DNA of 64,000 nucleotides from a virus (lineage: Duplodnaviria; Caudoviricetes): positions 1 to 64,000 of the IMG/VR virus record IMGVR_UViG_3300001528_000621; one strand, given 5' to 3'. The notes beneath the pieces were generated by a model that saw nothing but the letters and a program-made list of their open reading frames with translations, was not told the origin of the DNA and did not search any database. Shown here piece by piece: positions 47,345-56,916 of the stretch; within the stretch, counting starts at the first letter, position 1; every line of letters starts with the position of its first letter. The position numbers and the translations under genes were made by a program.

Positions 47345-48379
47345 ATGATGGATAGAAGTGAATTACTTAGTTTAGCAGATAATCTGCATAAAAAACCTGA
47401 AAGGGGTCTTAACGACCACATCTTAATTCTAGACGGACTAAACACCTTAATTCGTTCATTTTCAGTAGTAAGGACACTAAATGGTGATGGTCAGCACATT
47501 GGGGGTTTACAGGGTTTCTTGAAATCTCTAGGATCTATGACTAGAATGTTCAACCCGACCAGGGTTGTCATAGTTTGGGATGGAATTGGAGGAGCTCAGA
47601 ATCGAAAAAATTTAGATGAACACTACAAAGCTAATAGAGTTCATGCATCGGTAATTCACTACGATCTTTACGAAGATAAAAAAGCTGAGTTGAAATCTAT
47701 GCAAGACCAGGCTGACCGTCTTTTAGATTACTTGGCATGCCTACCTGTAACTTATATCCAAATAGACAAGCTTGAAGCAGATGACGTAATTGCTTATCTT
47801 TCAAAACTATATTCAAAAGCAGGAAGAAAGGTAACTATAGTTTCGTCGGATAAGGATTTCATGCAACTGGTAGATCAAAATATTGAAATCTATTCACCTA
47901 TCAGAAAGGTCTTATTTGATCACGAAAAAGCTCAAGAGTTTTTAACGGTTTTGCCGGAAAACTACAACATTGTAAAAGCTTTATTGGGAGATGCTTCTGA
48001 TGGCCTTATGGGCGTTAAGGGCGTCGGCATTAGAGGTTTGGTACAGAAATTTCCAGAACTAAACTCAGATCCGGATCTAACTCTAGATAGGTTTTTTGAA
48101 ATTTGTGCTCAGAGACAAGAAGCTACAAAGAAAGCAATCTTTACTAAGATTTTAGCAGATTGGTACAGAGTAGAAAAAAACTACAAACTTATGGATTTGA
48201 GTGTTACGGTTCTTGACGATAAAGAAAAAGAGCTTGTGAGTAAGATCATGAGTAATTCAACTCTAGCACTTAAAATTGGACCGTTCTTACATTATCTCTC
48301 TCAGGATAAGTTTGACCTCGTAAAAGATACAGAGGGGTGGCTCTGTGAATTTTCTTCATTGGTACACGAAAAAAGTTAA
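47345..48379 (+). CDS. 5'-3' exonuclease/flap endonuclease (RNase H of T4-like phages)
   Basis: LDGLN, VWDG, YKANR, EADDVI, SSDKDF.QL, LLGDASD..GVKGVG. Confidence 0.9.
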   Translation: MMDRSELLSLADNLHKKPERGLNDHILILDGLNTLIRSFSVVRTLNGDGQHIGGLQGFLKSLGSMTRMFNPTRVVIVWDGIGGAQNRKNLDEHYKANRVHASVIHYDLYEDKKAELKSMQDQADRLLDYLACLPVTYIQIDKLEADDVIAYLSKLYSKAGRKVTIVSSDKDFMQLVDQNIEIYSPIRKVLFDHEKAQEFLTVLPENYNIVKALLGDASDGLMGVKGVGIRGLVQKFPELNSDPDLTLDRFFEICAQRQEATKKAIFTKILADWYRVEKNYKLMDLSVTVLDDKEKELVSKIMSNSTLALKIGPFLHYLSQDKFDLVKDTEGWLCEFSSLVHEKS

Positions 48380-48461
48380 AGATTTCTTCTTTCTTTTCAG
48401 AGAATATAGTTATATTCATATTGTTATTTAAAAAGAATAAAAGATAGGGGAAAGATAGAAT

Positions 48462-49805
48462 ATGACTTTAAATTCGTTACAGGAGTACGGGAAGCCTTTC
48501 CAAATTAAAGTAATAGGAGCTCTTTTGTCAGATAAAAAGTTTCTGCAAGAGGTTTCTGACGTAGTAAAAGAGTCATACTTTTCTGCAAATTCACATCAGT
48601 GGATTGTTCATGAAATTCTGAAATATTTCAACGAATTTCATACAACACCTACAATGGAAGTGTTGCAGGTAGAGTACAAGAAAATTGATAACGATGTCTT
48701 AAAAGTTGCAGTAAAGGAAGAGCTTCGTAGATCTTATGAATCTTCTCAGGACGATCTAGATTACGTAAAGCAGGAGTTTGCAGCATTTTGTCGAAACCAG
48801 GAGATGAAAGCTGCTATTCTAGAATCAGCAGATCTTTTGAAAGCTGGAAATTATGACGGCATTAGATTTAGGATTGAATGTGCACTTAAAGCAGGTCTTG
48901 AGAAAGACATGGGGTGTGATTATAAGAAAGATGTAGAAGCTCGATATAGGGATGATTATAGGCCTACAATACCTACACCTTGGCCTCCAATTAGTGAACT
49001 ATTCTCAGGAGGATTAGGGCCTGGAGATCTATTCTTGATTCACGGAGGTCCTGGAACTGGAAAATCTTGGCTCTGTATAGCTGTTGCAGCAGAAGCAGTA
49101 AAACTCGGATATAACGTAAATTACTATACTCTAGAACTTTCTGAAGATTATGTAGCTCGTAGAGTAGACAGTTATTTAACAGGATACTCAGTTGAAGAGC
49201 TTAAGAGTCACAGACCAGAGGTAGATGCTTTGATGGAAAGTTTGCCTGGAAATCTTACAATTAAGGAATATCCTCCAAAAACAGCTACAATTAACCAGAT
49301 CGAGTCTCATATGCAGACTTGTAAGGATGAAGGAAAGGCTCCAAACCTGGTTATCATTGACTACATTGACTATGTTAGAGCTCCAAGAGGTTCAAGGTAT
49401 GCTGAAAAGAAAGATGAGATTGATGATGTCTATGTAGCAGCAAAAGCTTTAGCTAAGACTTGGGGAATACCGGTTGTATCTCCTTCTCAGATAAATCGAA
49501 TGGGAGCTAGAGAAGATGTTGCTGAAGGTGACAGAGCAGCAGGTTCTTACGATAAGATAATGGTAATGGACTGTGGTATTTCACTTTCGAGAAAGAAAGA
49601 AGATAAGGTAACAGGTACAGCTCGAATTCATGTAATTAAGAACAGGTACGGGGCTGATGGAATGACCTACAATGTTAACTTTGATTCAAACAACGGACAT
49701 GTTGAGTTTGAAGGTCTTATGGATTCAGGATCGGTAGCAAAAGCGCCGTCTTTTAGTATGAATAAGGAAGCAATAGCAAAGTTTTTTGAAGATGAAAGTA
49801 ATTAA
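48462..49805 (+). CDS. DnaB/gp41-like replicative helicase
   Basis: GGPGTGKS, YTLELSE, IIDYID, SQINR, KNRYG. Confidence 0.9.
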   Translation: MTLNSLQEYGKPFQIKVIGALLSDKKFLQEVSDVVKESYFSANSHQWIVHEILKYFNEFHTTPTMEVLQVEYKKIDNDVLKVAVKEELRRSYESSQDDLDYVKQEFAAFCRNQEMKAAILESADLLKAGNYDGIRFRIECALKAGLEKDMGCDYKKDVEARYRDDYRPTIPTPWPPISELFSGGLGPGDLFLIHGGPGTGKSWLCIAVAAEAVKLGYNVNYYTLELSEDYVARRVDSYLTGYSVEELKSHRPEVDALMESLPGNLTIKEYPPKTATINQIESHMQTCKDEGKAPNLVIIDYIDYVRAPRGSRYAEKKDEIDDVYVAAKALAKTWGIPVVSPSQINRMGAREDVAEGDRAAGSYDKIMVMDCGISLSRKKEDKVTGTARIHVIKNRYGADGMTYNVNFDSNNGHVEFEGLMDSGSVAKAPSFSMNKEAIAKFFEDESN

Positions 49806-50205
49806 CTTAAGGTTTAGGGTGCCGGGACTGTTTCTGGTTAAGAACAGACCAAACAATGCACCTTCAGTAAACTTAATACTTCAAGGTAGGTTAGTAGGAG
49901 AATCTGAATGGAAAGAAGCAGGTGAAATAGAGGGATTTAAGTTTTTAGGAGAGAATTATCCTGGACCTATAGGTGTCCTTTCTGAACCTCTTGACATTAT
50001 TACAGATCCGACATTTCCTAGACACGACGAGGGAGATGGAACTAAAGATTTCAAAATTCTTGTGGACAACTCTAAGGCTTGGGAATATAGGGTAATAGCT
50101 ACGCCATGTGTAGATTGTGTAAGGTTGTGGCAGAGTTACGGAAAATCAGAGGACGTTATAGGCGCTGTTACTGTTATTGTTGCAAAAGGAACTATAGAAA
50201 GTTAG
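49786..50205 (+). CDS. Hypothetical protein
   Basis: 139-aa ORF overlapping the helicase stop. Confidence 0.6.
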   Translation: MKMKVINLRFRVPGLFLVKNRPNNAPSVNLILQGRLVGESEWKEAGEIEGFKFLGENYPGPIGVLSEPLDIITDPTFPRHDEGDGTKDFKILVDNSKAWEYRVIATPCVDCVRLWQSYGKSEDVIGAVTVIVAKGTIES

Positions 50206-50210
50206 GTATA

Positions 50211-50549
50211 ATGATGGAAAAATTGAACAAAGAGGAAATTCTTTCGCTTTTAGGAAAGACTTTTAATGACACACTGATTCTTGACGAGTCTTTTGGACCG
50301 CATTTCATTCTTAAGTATCTAGAAGGAGGGTACGGGGTTATGAAGGTTCGAAAAGACGCAAACGGAAAAACGAGATGGAAGGTTTTAGGTTACCCTTCAA
50401 GCACATCAGGCTGCTTAGATATGATAGCAAAGAGCCTGCTAAATGAAGGAGGAAAGACTTACAAAACTCTCCAGGAATATAAGACAGAATGGGATAATAT
50501 TTCTCGTAGAATTTTGAATTCATATAAAGATTGGACAATTGAAAAATAG
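50211..50549 (+). CDS. Hypothetical protein (start likely ATG 50211)
   Basis: ATG 5 nt after the previous stop. Confidence 0.6.
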   Translation: MMEKLNKEEILSLLGKTFNDTLILDESFGPHFILKYLEGGYGVMKVRKDANGKTRWKVLGYPSSTSGCLDMIAKSLLNEGGKTYKTLQEYKTEWDNISRRILNSYKDWTIEK

Positions 50550-50558
50550 GTAGAAAAT

Positions 50559-50891
50559 ATGGTTACGTTAAGAGCAATTTTAGAGGTTGATGCAGTAAAG
50601 CAGCTTGATCCTGAGAAGGTAGAGATTTGGGTTAACCGAGAACCTGTCTGGGACTATAAGGATTTGGATGGAAAGCTAATGTTTATTCACGAAAAAAGTA
50701 AAGGATCAGAAAAATATTCGAAAGTAATGCTTAAAGAGCTATTAGAGTATCAAGATCTTCCAATATATTCTGAAACATTGGGTAAGGATACGGAGAACGT
50801 AGCTTTACTTGCTGTCGGAAAGACAAGTGTAAGAAATGTACTTAACTTTACAGAAGAAAAGACTAATGTTACAGATTCGAAAGCCGTTTAG
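50559..50891 (+). CDS. Hypothetical protein
   Basis: 110-aa ORF. Confidence 0.6.
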   Translation: MVTLRAILEVDAVKQLDPEKVEIWVNREPVWDYKDLDGKLMFIHEKSKGSEKYSKVMLKELLEYQDLPIYSETLGKDTENVALLAVGKTSVRNVLNFTEEKTNVTDSKAV

Positions 50892-51066
50892 TTTAAACCG
50901 AGTTTTAGCAGAGTCTAAGAGAGAGAACCCTTGCGTAGAACTTCCTGCAAACATGAATACTGTGGAAGCAGAGTGGGAAATGTGGGTTAGTAGACTTCAT
51001 GGAAATTATCAGAGAGCTTCTGTAGCTGATATGAGTATGATTATGGAAATTGTAAATAGACTGTAA
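50866..51066 (+). CDS. Hypothetical small protein
   Basis: Fills the gap; start uncertain. Confidence 0.5.
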   Translation: MLQIRKPFSLNRVLAESKRENPCVELPANMNTVEAEWEMWVSRLHGNYQRASVADMSMIMEIVNRL

Positions 51067-51067
51067 T

Positions 51068-51586
51068 ATGACTAAAGGAGAGTGGACAATACCGTTTTTG
51101 GAAGACATTCATGAATTTAACACGACGTTTCATAAGCCGGAAAGCAATACGCCGTTGATTCCGGAAAACTATCAATTCATTTTAGATACAGTTCAGGAAG
51201 AGAAGGATGAGCTTGAAGTAGCTTTTAAAAATAAGGACATTGTAGAGGTAGCTGATGCCTTGATGGATCTTCTATACTTTGTAGGTAACGGTATTCTTGC
51301 TACAGGTCTTGCAGATAGAGTTAAGGAGCTTTGGGCAGAGGTACAAGCATCTAATATGTCTAAAGTCTGTAGGTCTGAAGAGGAAGCTAGACTATCTGTA
51401 GAGTACATGCAGAAGATCAAGGGAGTTCCATATTATTACAAAGAATGGAAAGATAAGGGTGGAAAGCCATATTGGATTGTATATCGAGTATCTGATGACA
51501 AAGCAGGAAAGTGTTACAGATGGTTTAATCCTAAACTCAAAGAAATGTTTACAGAAAAGGAGATAGAAGATGCCAAATTTGAGTAA
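51068..51586 (+). CDS. MazG-like NTP pyrophosphohydrolase
   Basis: EEKDEL, EVADALMDLLYF, EVQASNMSK. Confidence 0.8.
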   Translation: MTKGEWTIPFLEDIHEFNTTFHKPESNTPLIPENYQFILDTVQEEKDELEVAFKNKDIVEVADALMDLLYFVGNGILATGLADRVKELWAEVQASNMSKVCRSEEEARLSVEYMQKIKGVPYYYKEWKDKGGKPYWIVYRVSDDKAGKCYRWFNPKLKEMFTEKEIEDAKFE

Positions 51587-51794
51587 CTACCCTTTCAAAT
51601 CAGCAAAAACCGTAGACGGAAAGACCTACATTTCTCTAGAAGAGGTTAATGAAATGTTAGACAACCTTCAGAATATGGGACCTATCTTTAAGCAGATAGC
51701 TGATGCTACAAGTCAAATGAAGAAGGTTTTTAGTGACACAAAGAACAAAGCAGATAATCTTCTAGTTGAACTTCAAAAAGAAACTAAGGGATAA
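51570..51794 (+). CDS. Hypothetical small protein
   Basis: 74-aa ORF. Confidence 0.55.
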   Translation: MPNLSNYPFKSAKTVDGKTYISLEEVNEMLDNLQNMGPIFKQIADATSQMKKVFSDTKNKADNLLVELQKETKG

Positions 51795-51815
51795 GCTAGG
51801 ATTCCTTTAGGGAGA
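51788..51815 (+). repeat. Degenerate third copy of the dispersed repeat
   Basis: GGGATAAGCTAGGATTCCTTTAGGGAGA keeps the G-run spacing and GGGAGA end. Confidence 0.4.
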
Positions 51816-51923
51816 TTGAAGTAAAAAACAAAGCAAATATCTTTTATAATTCTTGGAAGTTTTCATTGGATTTCCAAGAATTTTCTATATCTTTATCTTA
51901 TAGAAAAAGACAAAGAAAACATC

Positions 51924-52415
51924 ATGGGAAAGAGACTAACACCGGAAGAGCGAGAAGCTCGAATCCGAGAATACGAAAAAGCTAAAGCTGATAGAAAAGC
52001 AGCTAAGTTAGAAAAACGTAAAGCTCGAATAGAAGCTTACGAAAAAGCTAAAGCTGAACGTCAAAAGAAAAAAGCTTGGGAAAAGAGAGGGGTAAGACCA
52101 GCAGCGGCACCTGATTCCACTAGAGCAGGACAAGTTAAAAATTTTCCAACTTATCGAGGAAATATAGAGCTTGGAGATGAGGTAGGATTCAGGTGGATCG
52201 GACTAGCTTTAGCTGGAAAAGTCATGGAAATCAGAAAAGAGAGAAATTACAGAGTTAGGGATGACGGAAATGGAGAGATGGAGGAGAAAGGCTATGAAAC
52301 CTTCTATACAATTAAAGAAAATTCAGAAAAGACAGTTTATCCTGTCAGAAGAATTAATATATTAGCTAAGAAGGTTAATGGAGTTTGGATTGACGAATTT
52401 TCAAAGAAAAAATAA
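51924..52415 (+). CDS. Hypothetical basic protein
   Basis: Repeated ARIxxYEKAKA helix, small beta-rich C-terminus. Confidence 0.65.
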   Translation: MGKRLTPEEREARIREYEKAKADRKAAKLEKRKARIEAYEKAKAERQKKKAWEKRGVRPAAAPDSTRAGQVKNFPTYRGNIELGDEVGFRWIGLALAGKVMEIRKERNYRVRDDGNGEMEEKGYETFYTIKENSEKTVYPVRRINILAKKVNGVWIDEFSKKK

Positions 52416-52438
52416 CTGCAAAATTAAATTATAGATAT

Positions 52439-53497
52439 ATGGAAATTAAAACCAGTTTTGGCTGTGAATTAGAGTGGTCAGATGTTGATCGACGCGTTGA
52501 TATCCCGAAAGAGCTTGGAGAGTGGGAAGGTCCGAAGATAGCGGGATATTATATGAATTCTGAGATTGATATAGTAAATACAAAAGGTAAGTATAGGGGT
52601 GTAGGAACAGATCCACTATGCATGACCTGTAGGGTTGGAGGAGAAATACATACTCAACCATCAAACACTATTGAGACTCAGGTTCTTAGGATGATGAGAA
52701 TTCTTGATTTATTTTCTACAGCAAATATAGCTTGTCCAAACCATGGACATATTCATGTAGGACTTCCAGGAATTCTCAATGAGGAAAATCTGGAAACTCT
52801 TAAGAACATTTTTAGGTATACAAAAGCAAACCAAAATGACCTAATAAAGTACTGTTGTGGATACGACGAAGCTGATGCATCTAAGATAGCAAGTACGGAT
52901 CTGCAAGATTGGGTTAAGCAGTATCTCTTGGTCGGGGATGGAAAGCATATTACAAACCAGCTTTTTGAAGCAGTAGAGGAAGCTGCAACTGTACAGGATG
53001 TTTTGACAGCTCTTCAGACCATACCTTGTGAAGATTGGGAATGGACTACAGGAAAAGCAACAAAGACACCAAGTTCTCATAGAACAGCTGTTAACCTCTT
53101 CAACCTAACTAAAGGAGAGACTATAGAGTTTAGGATTTTTAGAGCTACAATAAACCCTGTAGAGCTTTATTCTTGTCTTTATCTTACAGATAGGTACATT
53201 GAAGAAGCTTTGCTTGGAGCAGAAGGAAAGCCTGTATCGGAAATTCTTAAAGAGGGAAACTTTAGATTTCCAAAGCTTAACTTTAACTACGATCTTGCAA
53301 AAGGATGGCAGAATACTCGACAGACAAAAGGTAGGTGTGGTCCATTTAAGAAATATACAGGAGTAGTAGAAGTTTCTGAAGACAGCATCATGCTAAATCC
53401 AGAGAATATTCTATATGTGTTTGATCAGGGACTCAAGGACATTTTGACTCTTTGCATACTGGATTTTCAAGGAAGAACTATAGACTCTATACAGTAA
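52439..53497 (+). CDS. Putative amidoligase (COOH-NH2 ligase type)
   Basis: FGCELEW, GGEI, HGHIHVG, TIEFRIF. Confidence 0.7.
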   Translation: MEIKTSFGCELEWSDVDRRVDIPKELGEWEGPKIAGYYMNSEIDIVNTKGKYRGVGTDPLCMTCRVGGEIHTQPSNTIETQVLRMMRILDLFSTANIACPNHGHIHVGLPGILNEENLETLKNIFRYTKANQNDLIKYCCGYDEADASKIASTDLQDWVKQYLLVGDGKHITNQLFEAVEEAATVQDVLTALQTIPCEDWEWTTGKATKTPSSHRTAVNLFNLTKGETIEFRIFRATINPVELYSCLYLTDRYIEEALLGAEGKPVSEILKEGNFRFPKLNFNYDLAKGWQNTRQTKGRCGPFKKYTGVVEVSEDSIMLNPENILYVFDQGLKDILTLCILDFQGRTIDSIQ

Positions 53498-53500
53498 AGT

Positions 53501-54058
53501 ATGATTGTAGTTTTAACGGGTAGCCATAGTTGTGGAAAGTCTACGCTCGTAGAGTTCTTTCGAGGAAAGGAAGGGTTCCAGAGTATAGACTCTGTAACAA
53601 GGAACAGTACGTCAGCAGCTGAACGAAGAATCGATGGCGTTGATTCTCTTGACAAGGGTCAACTAAATATTTTGGAAAACATTCAAGCTGCTATGAAAGA
53701 AATTATAGCTAAGAATGAAGAGGATCCTACTCAGGTTTATCTTATAGACCGGTGCGTTTTTGACTTTATAGCATACTCTAGAGCTTTCTACAAGAGAGGG
53801 TTGATTACTAAAGAAACTCTTAATGAGATTGAAAGTAAGTGCAGCGATCTGTGGCCTCACTACGATCTTGTATGCTATCTTGGTATTGAATTTGGAATAG
53901 TTAATGATGGAGTTAGAAGTTTGGATGAAGATCTTCGAAAAGACGTAGATTCAGAAATACTTAACCAGCTTCTTTGGAATCCAGTAAAAGCAATAAAATT
54001 AAGTGGGACAGTTCGCCAGCGTGTTGAGAAGTTGTACGACGTCATCAGTACCCTCTAA
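53501..54058 (+). CDS. P-loop nucleotide kinase-like protein (AAA_28-like)
   Basis: TGSHSCGKST, IDRCVFDFIAY, DGVR. Confidence 0.75.
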   Translation: MIVVLTGSHSCGKSTLVEFFRGKEGFQSIDSVTRNSTSAAERRIDGVDSLDKGQLNILENIQAAMKEIIAKNEEDPTQVYLIDRCVFDFIAYSRAFYKRGLITKETLNEIESKCSDLWPHYDLVCYLGIEFGIVNDGVRSLDEDLRKDVDSEILNQLLWNPVKAIKLSGTVRQRVEKLYDVISTL

Positions 54059-54485
54059 CCTAATTGGAGTAAAAGATGCGTTTTTACAAGAAATCGTAGA
54101 TCTTTGGAACGATCAAAATAAGCGAGGAAAAATTTACACCTATTATCTCTACACAATTCCTGTAGGGACTCTAATGGTAGAAGAGAACGGAGAAGATTGG
54201 ACTATTAGAGGAACTTGGGTAGCAGAAGAGTATAGAAAAGAGGGAATAGGTAAAAGAATGTTAGAAGACCTGAAATCTAAGTTCGATAACAGCAAAATAG
54301 TGTCTAGACTTTGGGTTAATATAACTCCTCAAGCTGAAGGTTTTTATAAAAAGCTCGGATTTAGAATACCGGGATACAGAGTAGATACACCAGCACCGAT
54401 GTCGGTAGGAATATTTGTAAAAGGAGCGTATCTCGATACAATTTTTTCAGAAAAATATAAAGGATTTGTATATGCAGAAGAATAG
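54003..54485 (+). CDS. GNAT acetyltransferase (start uncertain)
   Basis: WVAEEYRKEGIGKRML, AEGFYKKLGF. Confidence 0.8.
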   Translation: MGQFASVLRSCTTSSVPSNLIGVKDAFLQEIVDLWNDQNKRGKIYTYYLYTIPVGTLMVEENGEDWTIRGTWVAEEYRKEGIGKRMLEDLKSKFDNSKIVSRLWVNITPQAEGFYKKLGFRIPGYRVDTPAPMSVGIFVKGAYLDTIFSEKYKGFVYAEE

Positions 54486-54936
54486 TCCAAAATACAAGGT
54501 AGGTGACACTGTACTATACCACACAGATTATAGTACGGAACCATGCACCTTTACTATCAAGAGAGTAGAGATTGAAGATAGCGAAGATGACGATCCTAGA
54601 TACATATATCACGATTCGGGGGAAAACGAATCTGGAGGCTTTTTGTATGAAGAGGATATCGACGGACTCAGCATGGATTCAACGTTAATTGATGAACATA
54701 CACTTTCACAGCAAGAGTGGATTCTGTACTCTCTATTTGGGGGTAAATTCATTCGATATGAAAAGTCTATAACTTGCGGTGACAGATCATTCTTGTGCGA
54801 TCTTCAAAAAGAGAGTAACACAGTGGGTCGCGACTGGTGTCTTCATGTGGATAACGAGGATGCTGAGTCTGTAGGAAGCATGGACGTAGCTACGTTTGGG
54901 CAAATTGACAGATTTTTGAAGCTGTTATCTGAGTAA
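54466..54936 (+). CDS. Hypothetical protein
   Basis: 156-aa acidic ORF. Confidence 0.6.
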   Translation: MYMQKNSPKYKVGDTVLYHTDYSTEPCTFTIKRVEIEDSEDDDPRYIYHDSGENESGGFLYEEDIDGLSMDSTLIDEHTLSQQEWILYSLFGGKFIRYEKSITCGDRSFLCDLQKESNTVGRDWCLHVDNEDAESVGSMDVATFGQIDRFLKLLSE

Positions 54937-54963
54937 AATCAAGAAAATATCTTATCTTTAGGT

Positions 54964-55836
54964 ATGATGAAAAAGATAAAAATAGCACACGAAGCTCCTA
55001 AATCAATCTTTAGGAGAGTTCAGAAATTTACAGATTACGATTATGCTTTAGTTCATCTTTTTGAGGAAGATGAAGAGTATTATAAAATGTTTGAAGATGC
55101 TATAGCGGAAGGTAGAGAGGTAATTCTCGATAATAGTATTTTTGAACTAGGTACAGCTTTTGATCCAGAAAAGTTCGTATATTGGATTAACAAACTCAAA
55201 CCGGCTTGGTACATTGTTCCGGATTCTCTAGAGAATTGTCAGAAGACCAAAGAGAACATGAAGGACTGGGTTCTAAACTACAAGCATCGTGTTACAGCTC
55301 CAAGTAAGATGATCGGAGTGGTTCAGGGAAAGAACTATGAGGAAATATTGGAATGCTTTAAATTTATGGCTGCTAATATGGGCGTTGACAAAATTGGCAT
55401 TCCTTTCGACTTCAGCTACTACGAAACTTCAGTGCCTCATCCAAATAAGCTTGTAAGCTGGATGTTGGGTAGAGTAAAGCTTCTTGGAGATTTGACTAGA
55501 GATATAAAGGGACCAAACAACAAGATGTCGCTTGTTCATCTACTTGGATGTGCTTTACCGCAAGAAGGTCTTTTCTATTCGGGAGGACAATACGACTTTA
55601 TCGATAGTCAAGATACTTCAAATCCAGTAGTTCACGGACTTAAAAAGATTAAATATAGTTCAATAGGTTTGAATAGTAAGAGTAGTGAAAAGCTCTATAC
55701 CCTAATCAATCACGATACTACGCTTGGAGAGTGGTCAGCTATTCGGCACAACCTTAAATACTTTAGAGCTTTTTGGACTTCTTGGGACAGTTTAGATAGC
55801 CTTGAACATGATTACCAAGAGATTGCCGCCTCTTAA
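54964..55836 (+). CDS. TGT/DpdA-like TIM-barrel protein
   Basis: ILDNSIFE, VPD, GVVQG, HLLG, DTSNP resemble guanine-transglycosylase-fold motifs. Confidence 0.5.
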   Translation: MMKKIKIAHEAPKSIFRRVQKFTDYDYALVHLFEEDEEYYKMFEDAIAEGREVILDNSIFELGTAFDPEKFVYWINKLKPAWYIVPDSLENCQKTKENMKDWVLNYKHRVTAPSKMIGVVQGKNYEEILECFKFMAANMGVDKIGIPFDFSYYETSVPHPNKLVSWMLGRVKLLGDLTRDIKGPNNKMSLVHLLGCALPQEGLFYSGGQYDFIDSQDTSNPVVHGLKKIKYSSIGLNSKSSEKLYTLINHDTTLGEWSAIRHNLKYFRAFWTSWDSLDSLEHDYQEIAAS

Positions 55837-56341
55837 GGAAATTTCTAGAGAGGATTTAGATGATTCTTTCATAAAAGTAGAGTTTTGGGATCCATATTTC
55901 TGGGAAAAAGCTACACATGTAGTTACAACGTCATATTGGCAGAACAAGAATGAATTTGTATCCCACTATGACTACTACATGAAAGCTAACGAAGTCCTTG
56001 GAAAGTTAGATGCAGGACACGGATACATATATATTCTTATCAGCGAACAGCAAGAAGGTATCTGTAAGATAGGATCTACAGAAAGAACACCTCAGGAACG
56101 AGTAGACGAAATCAACCGTGCGACAGGTGTAATCTTGCCGTGGAAATTATATGACGCATATCCTTGTAAAGCTCCACATTCTGTAGAAAAACTTGTACAC
56201 AGGGTTTTAGCAGAGTCCAGAATTGATAGGAGAAAAGAGGGATTTGCAGTGTATCCTGAGGTAGCACAAAGAATAATTACAAAGGTTATATCTGATTCAA
56301 ATGAAAGAGACATCAAAGGAGAATACAAGGATAACATTTAG
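55808..56341 (+). CDS. T5orf172/GIY-YIG family protein
   Basis: GYIYIL, KIGST, R..EI.RATGV..PW, EKLVH, RKEGF. Confidence 0.75.
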   Translation: MITKRLPPLKEISREDLDDSFIKVEFWDPYFWEKATHVVTTSYWQNKNEFVSHYDYYMKANEVLGKLDAGHGYIYILISEQQEGICKIGSTERTPQERVDEINRATGVILPWKLYDAYPCKAPHSVEKLVHRVLAESRIDRRKEGFAVYPEVAQRIITKVISDSNERDIKGEYKDNI

Positions 56342-56885
56342 AAAGATGTTTGGACATTTGGGTACAGTCCTAAAGCACAAGTACTGGGTTTTTCATTATG
56401 CTAGAAAACTCGGTATTGGATGGAGAGGGTTTGTGCACGATATGTCTAAATTTTCGCCTACAGAGTTTTGGGAAAGTGTAAGATACTGGAACGGAAAGAG
56501 TTCACCGATACCGGTTTGTAAAGTAGATAAAGGATATTCTCTAGCTTGGCAACACCACAAGGGTCGAAACACTCACCACTACGAATACTGGATAGATAGG
56601 TTGGACGAAGGAGGAGTGCCAATAAAGGTGCCGTTTGAAGATATGTTAGAGCTTATAGCTGACTGGCTTGGGGCTGGAAGAGCATATTTAGGAAAGAATT
56701 TTACATTGAAAGGAGAATTTCTTTGGTTTGTAAACAAGGTCAATGTTGAAAATCCTAAAATTCATCTAACAACGCAAAAGTTTATTGGAGATTTCTTATC
56801 TAAGTTTGCTGAAGATCCAAGGAATCTTACGTACTTTAAGAAAATTTTTACTACTAAAACTAAAAAACTTTACGAGGAAAGCTGA
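56301..56885 (+). CDS. DUF5662-like HD-type protein
   Basis: HKYWV, HDMSKFSP.EF, AWQHHKGRN.HHYEYW, ELIADW. Confidence 0.7.
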   Translation: MKETSKENTRITFRKMFGHLGTVLKHKYWVFHYARKLGIGWRGFVHDMSKFSPTEFWESVRYWNGKSSPIPVCKVDKGYSLAWQHHKGRNTHHYEYWIDRLDEGGVPIKVPFEDMLELIADWLGAGRAYLGKNFTLKGEFLWFVNKVNVENPKIHLTTQKFIGDFLSKFAEDPRNLTYFKKIFTTKTKKLYEES

Positions 56886-56906
56886 AGAAATTCAGCTTTT
56901 CTTTTT
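56878..56906 (+). terminator. Putative intrinsic terminator
   Basis: AAAGCTGAA-GAAA-TTCAGCTTT + T-rich tail. Confidence 0.55.
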
Positions 56907-56916
56907 ATCTTTAGGT

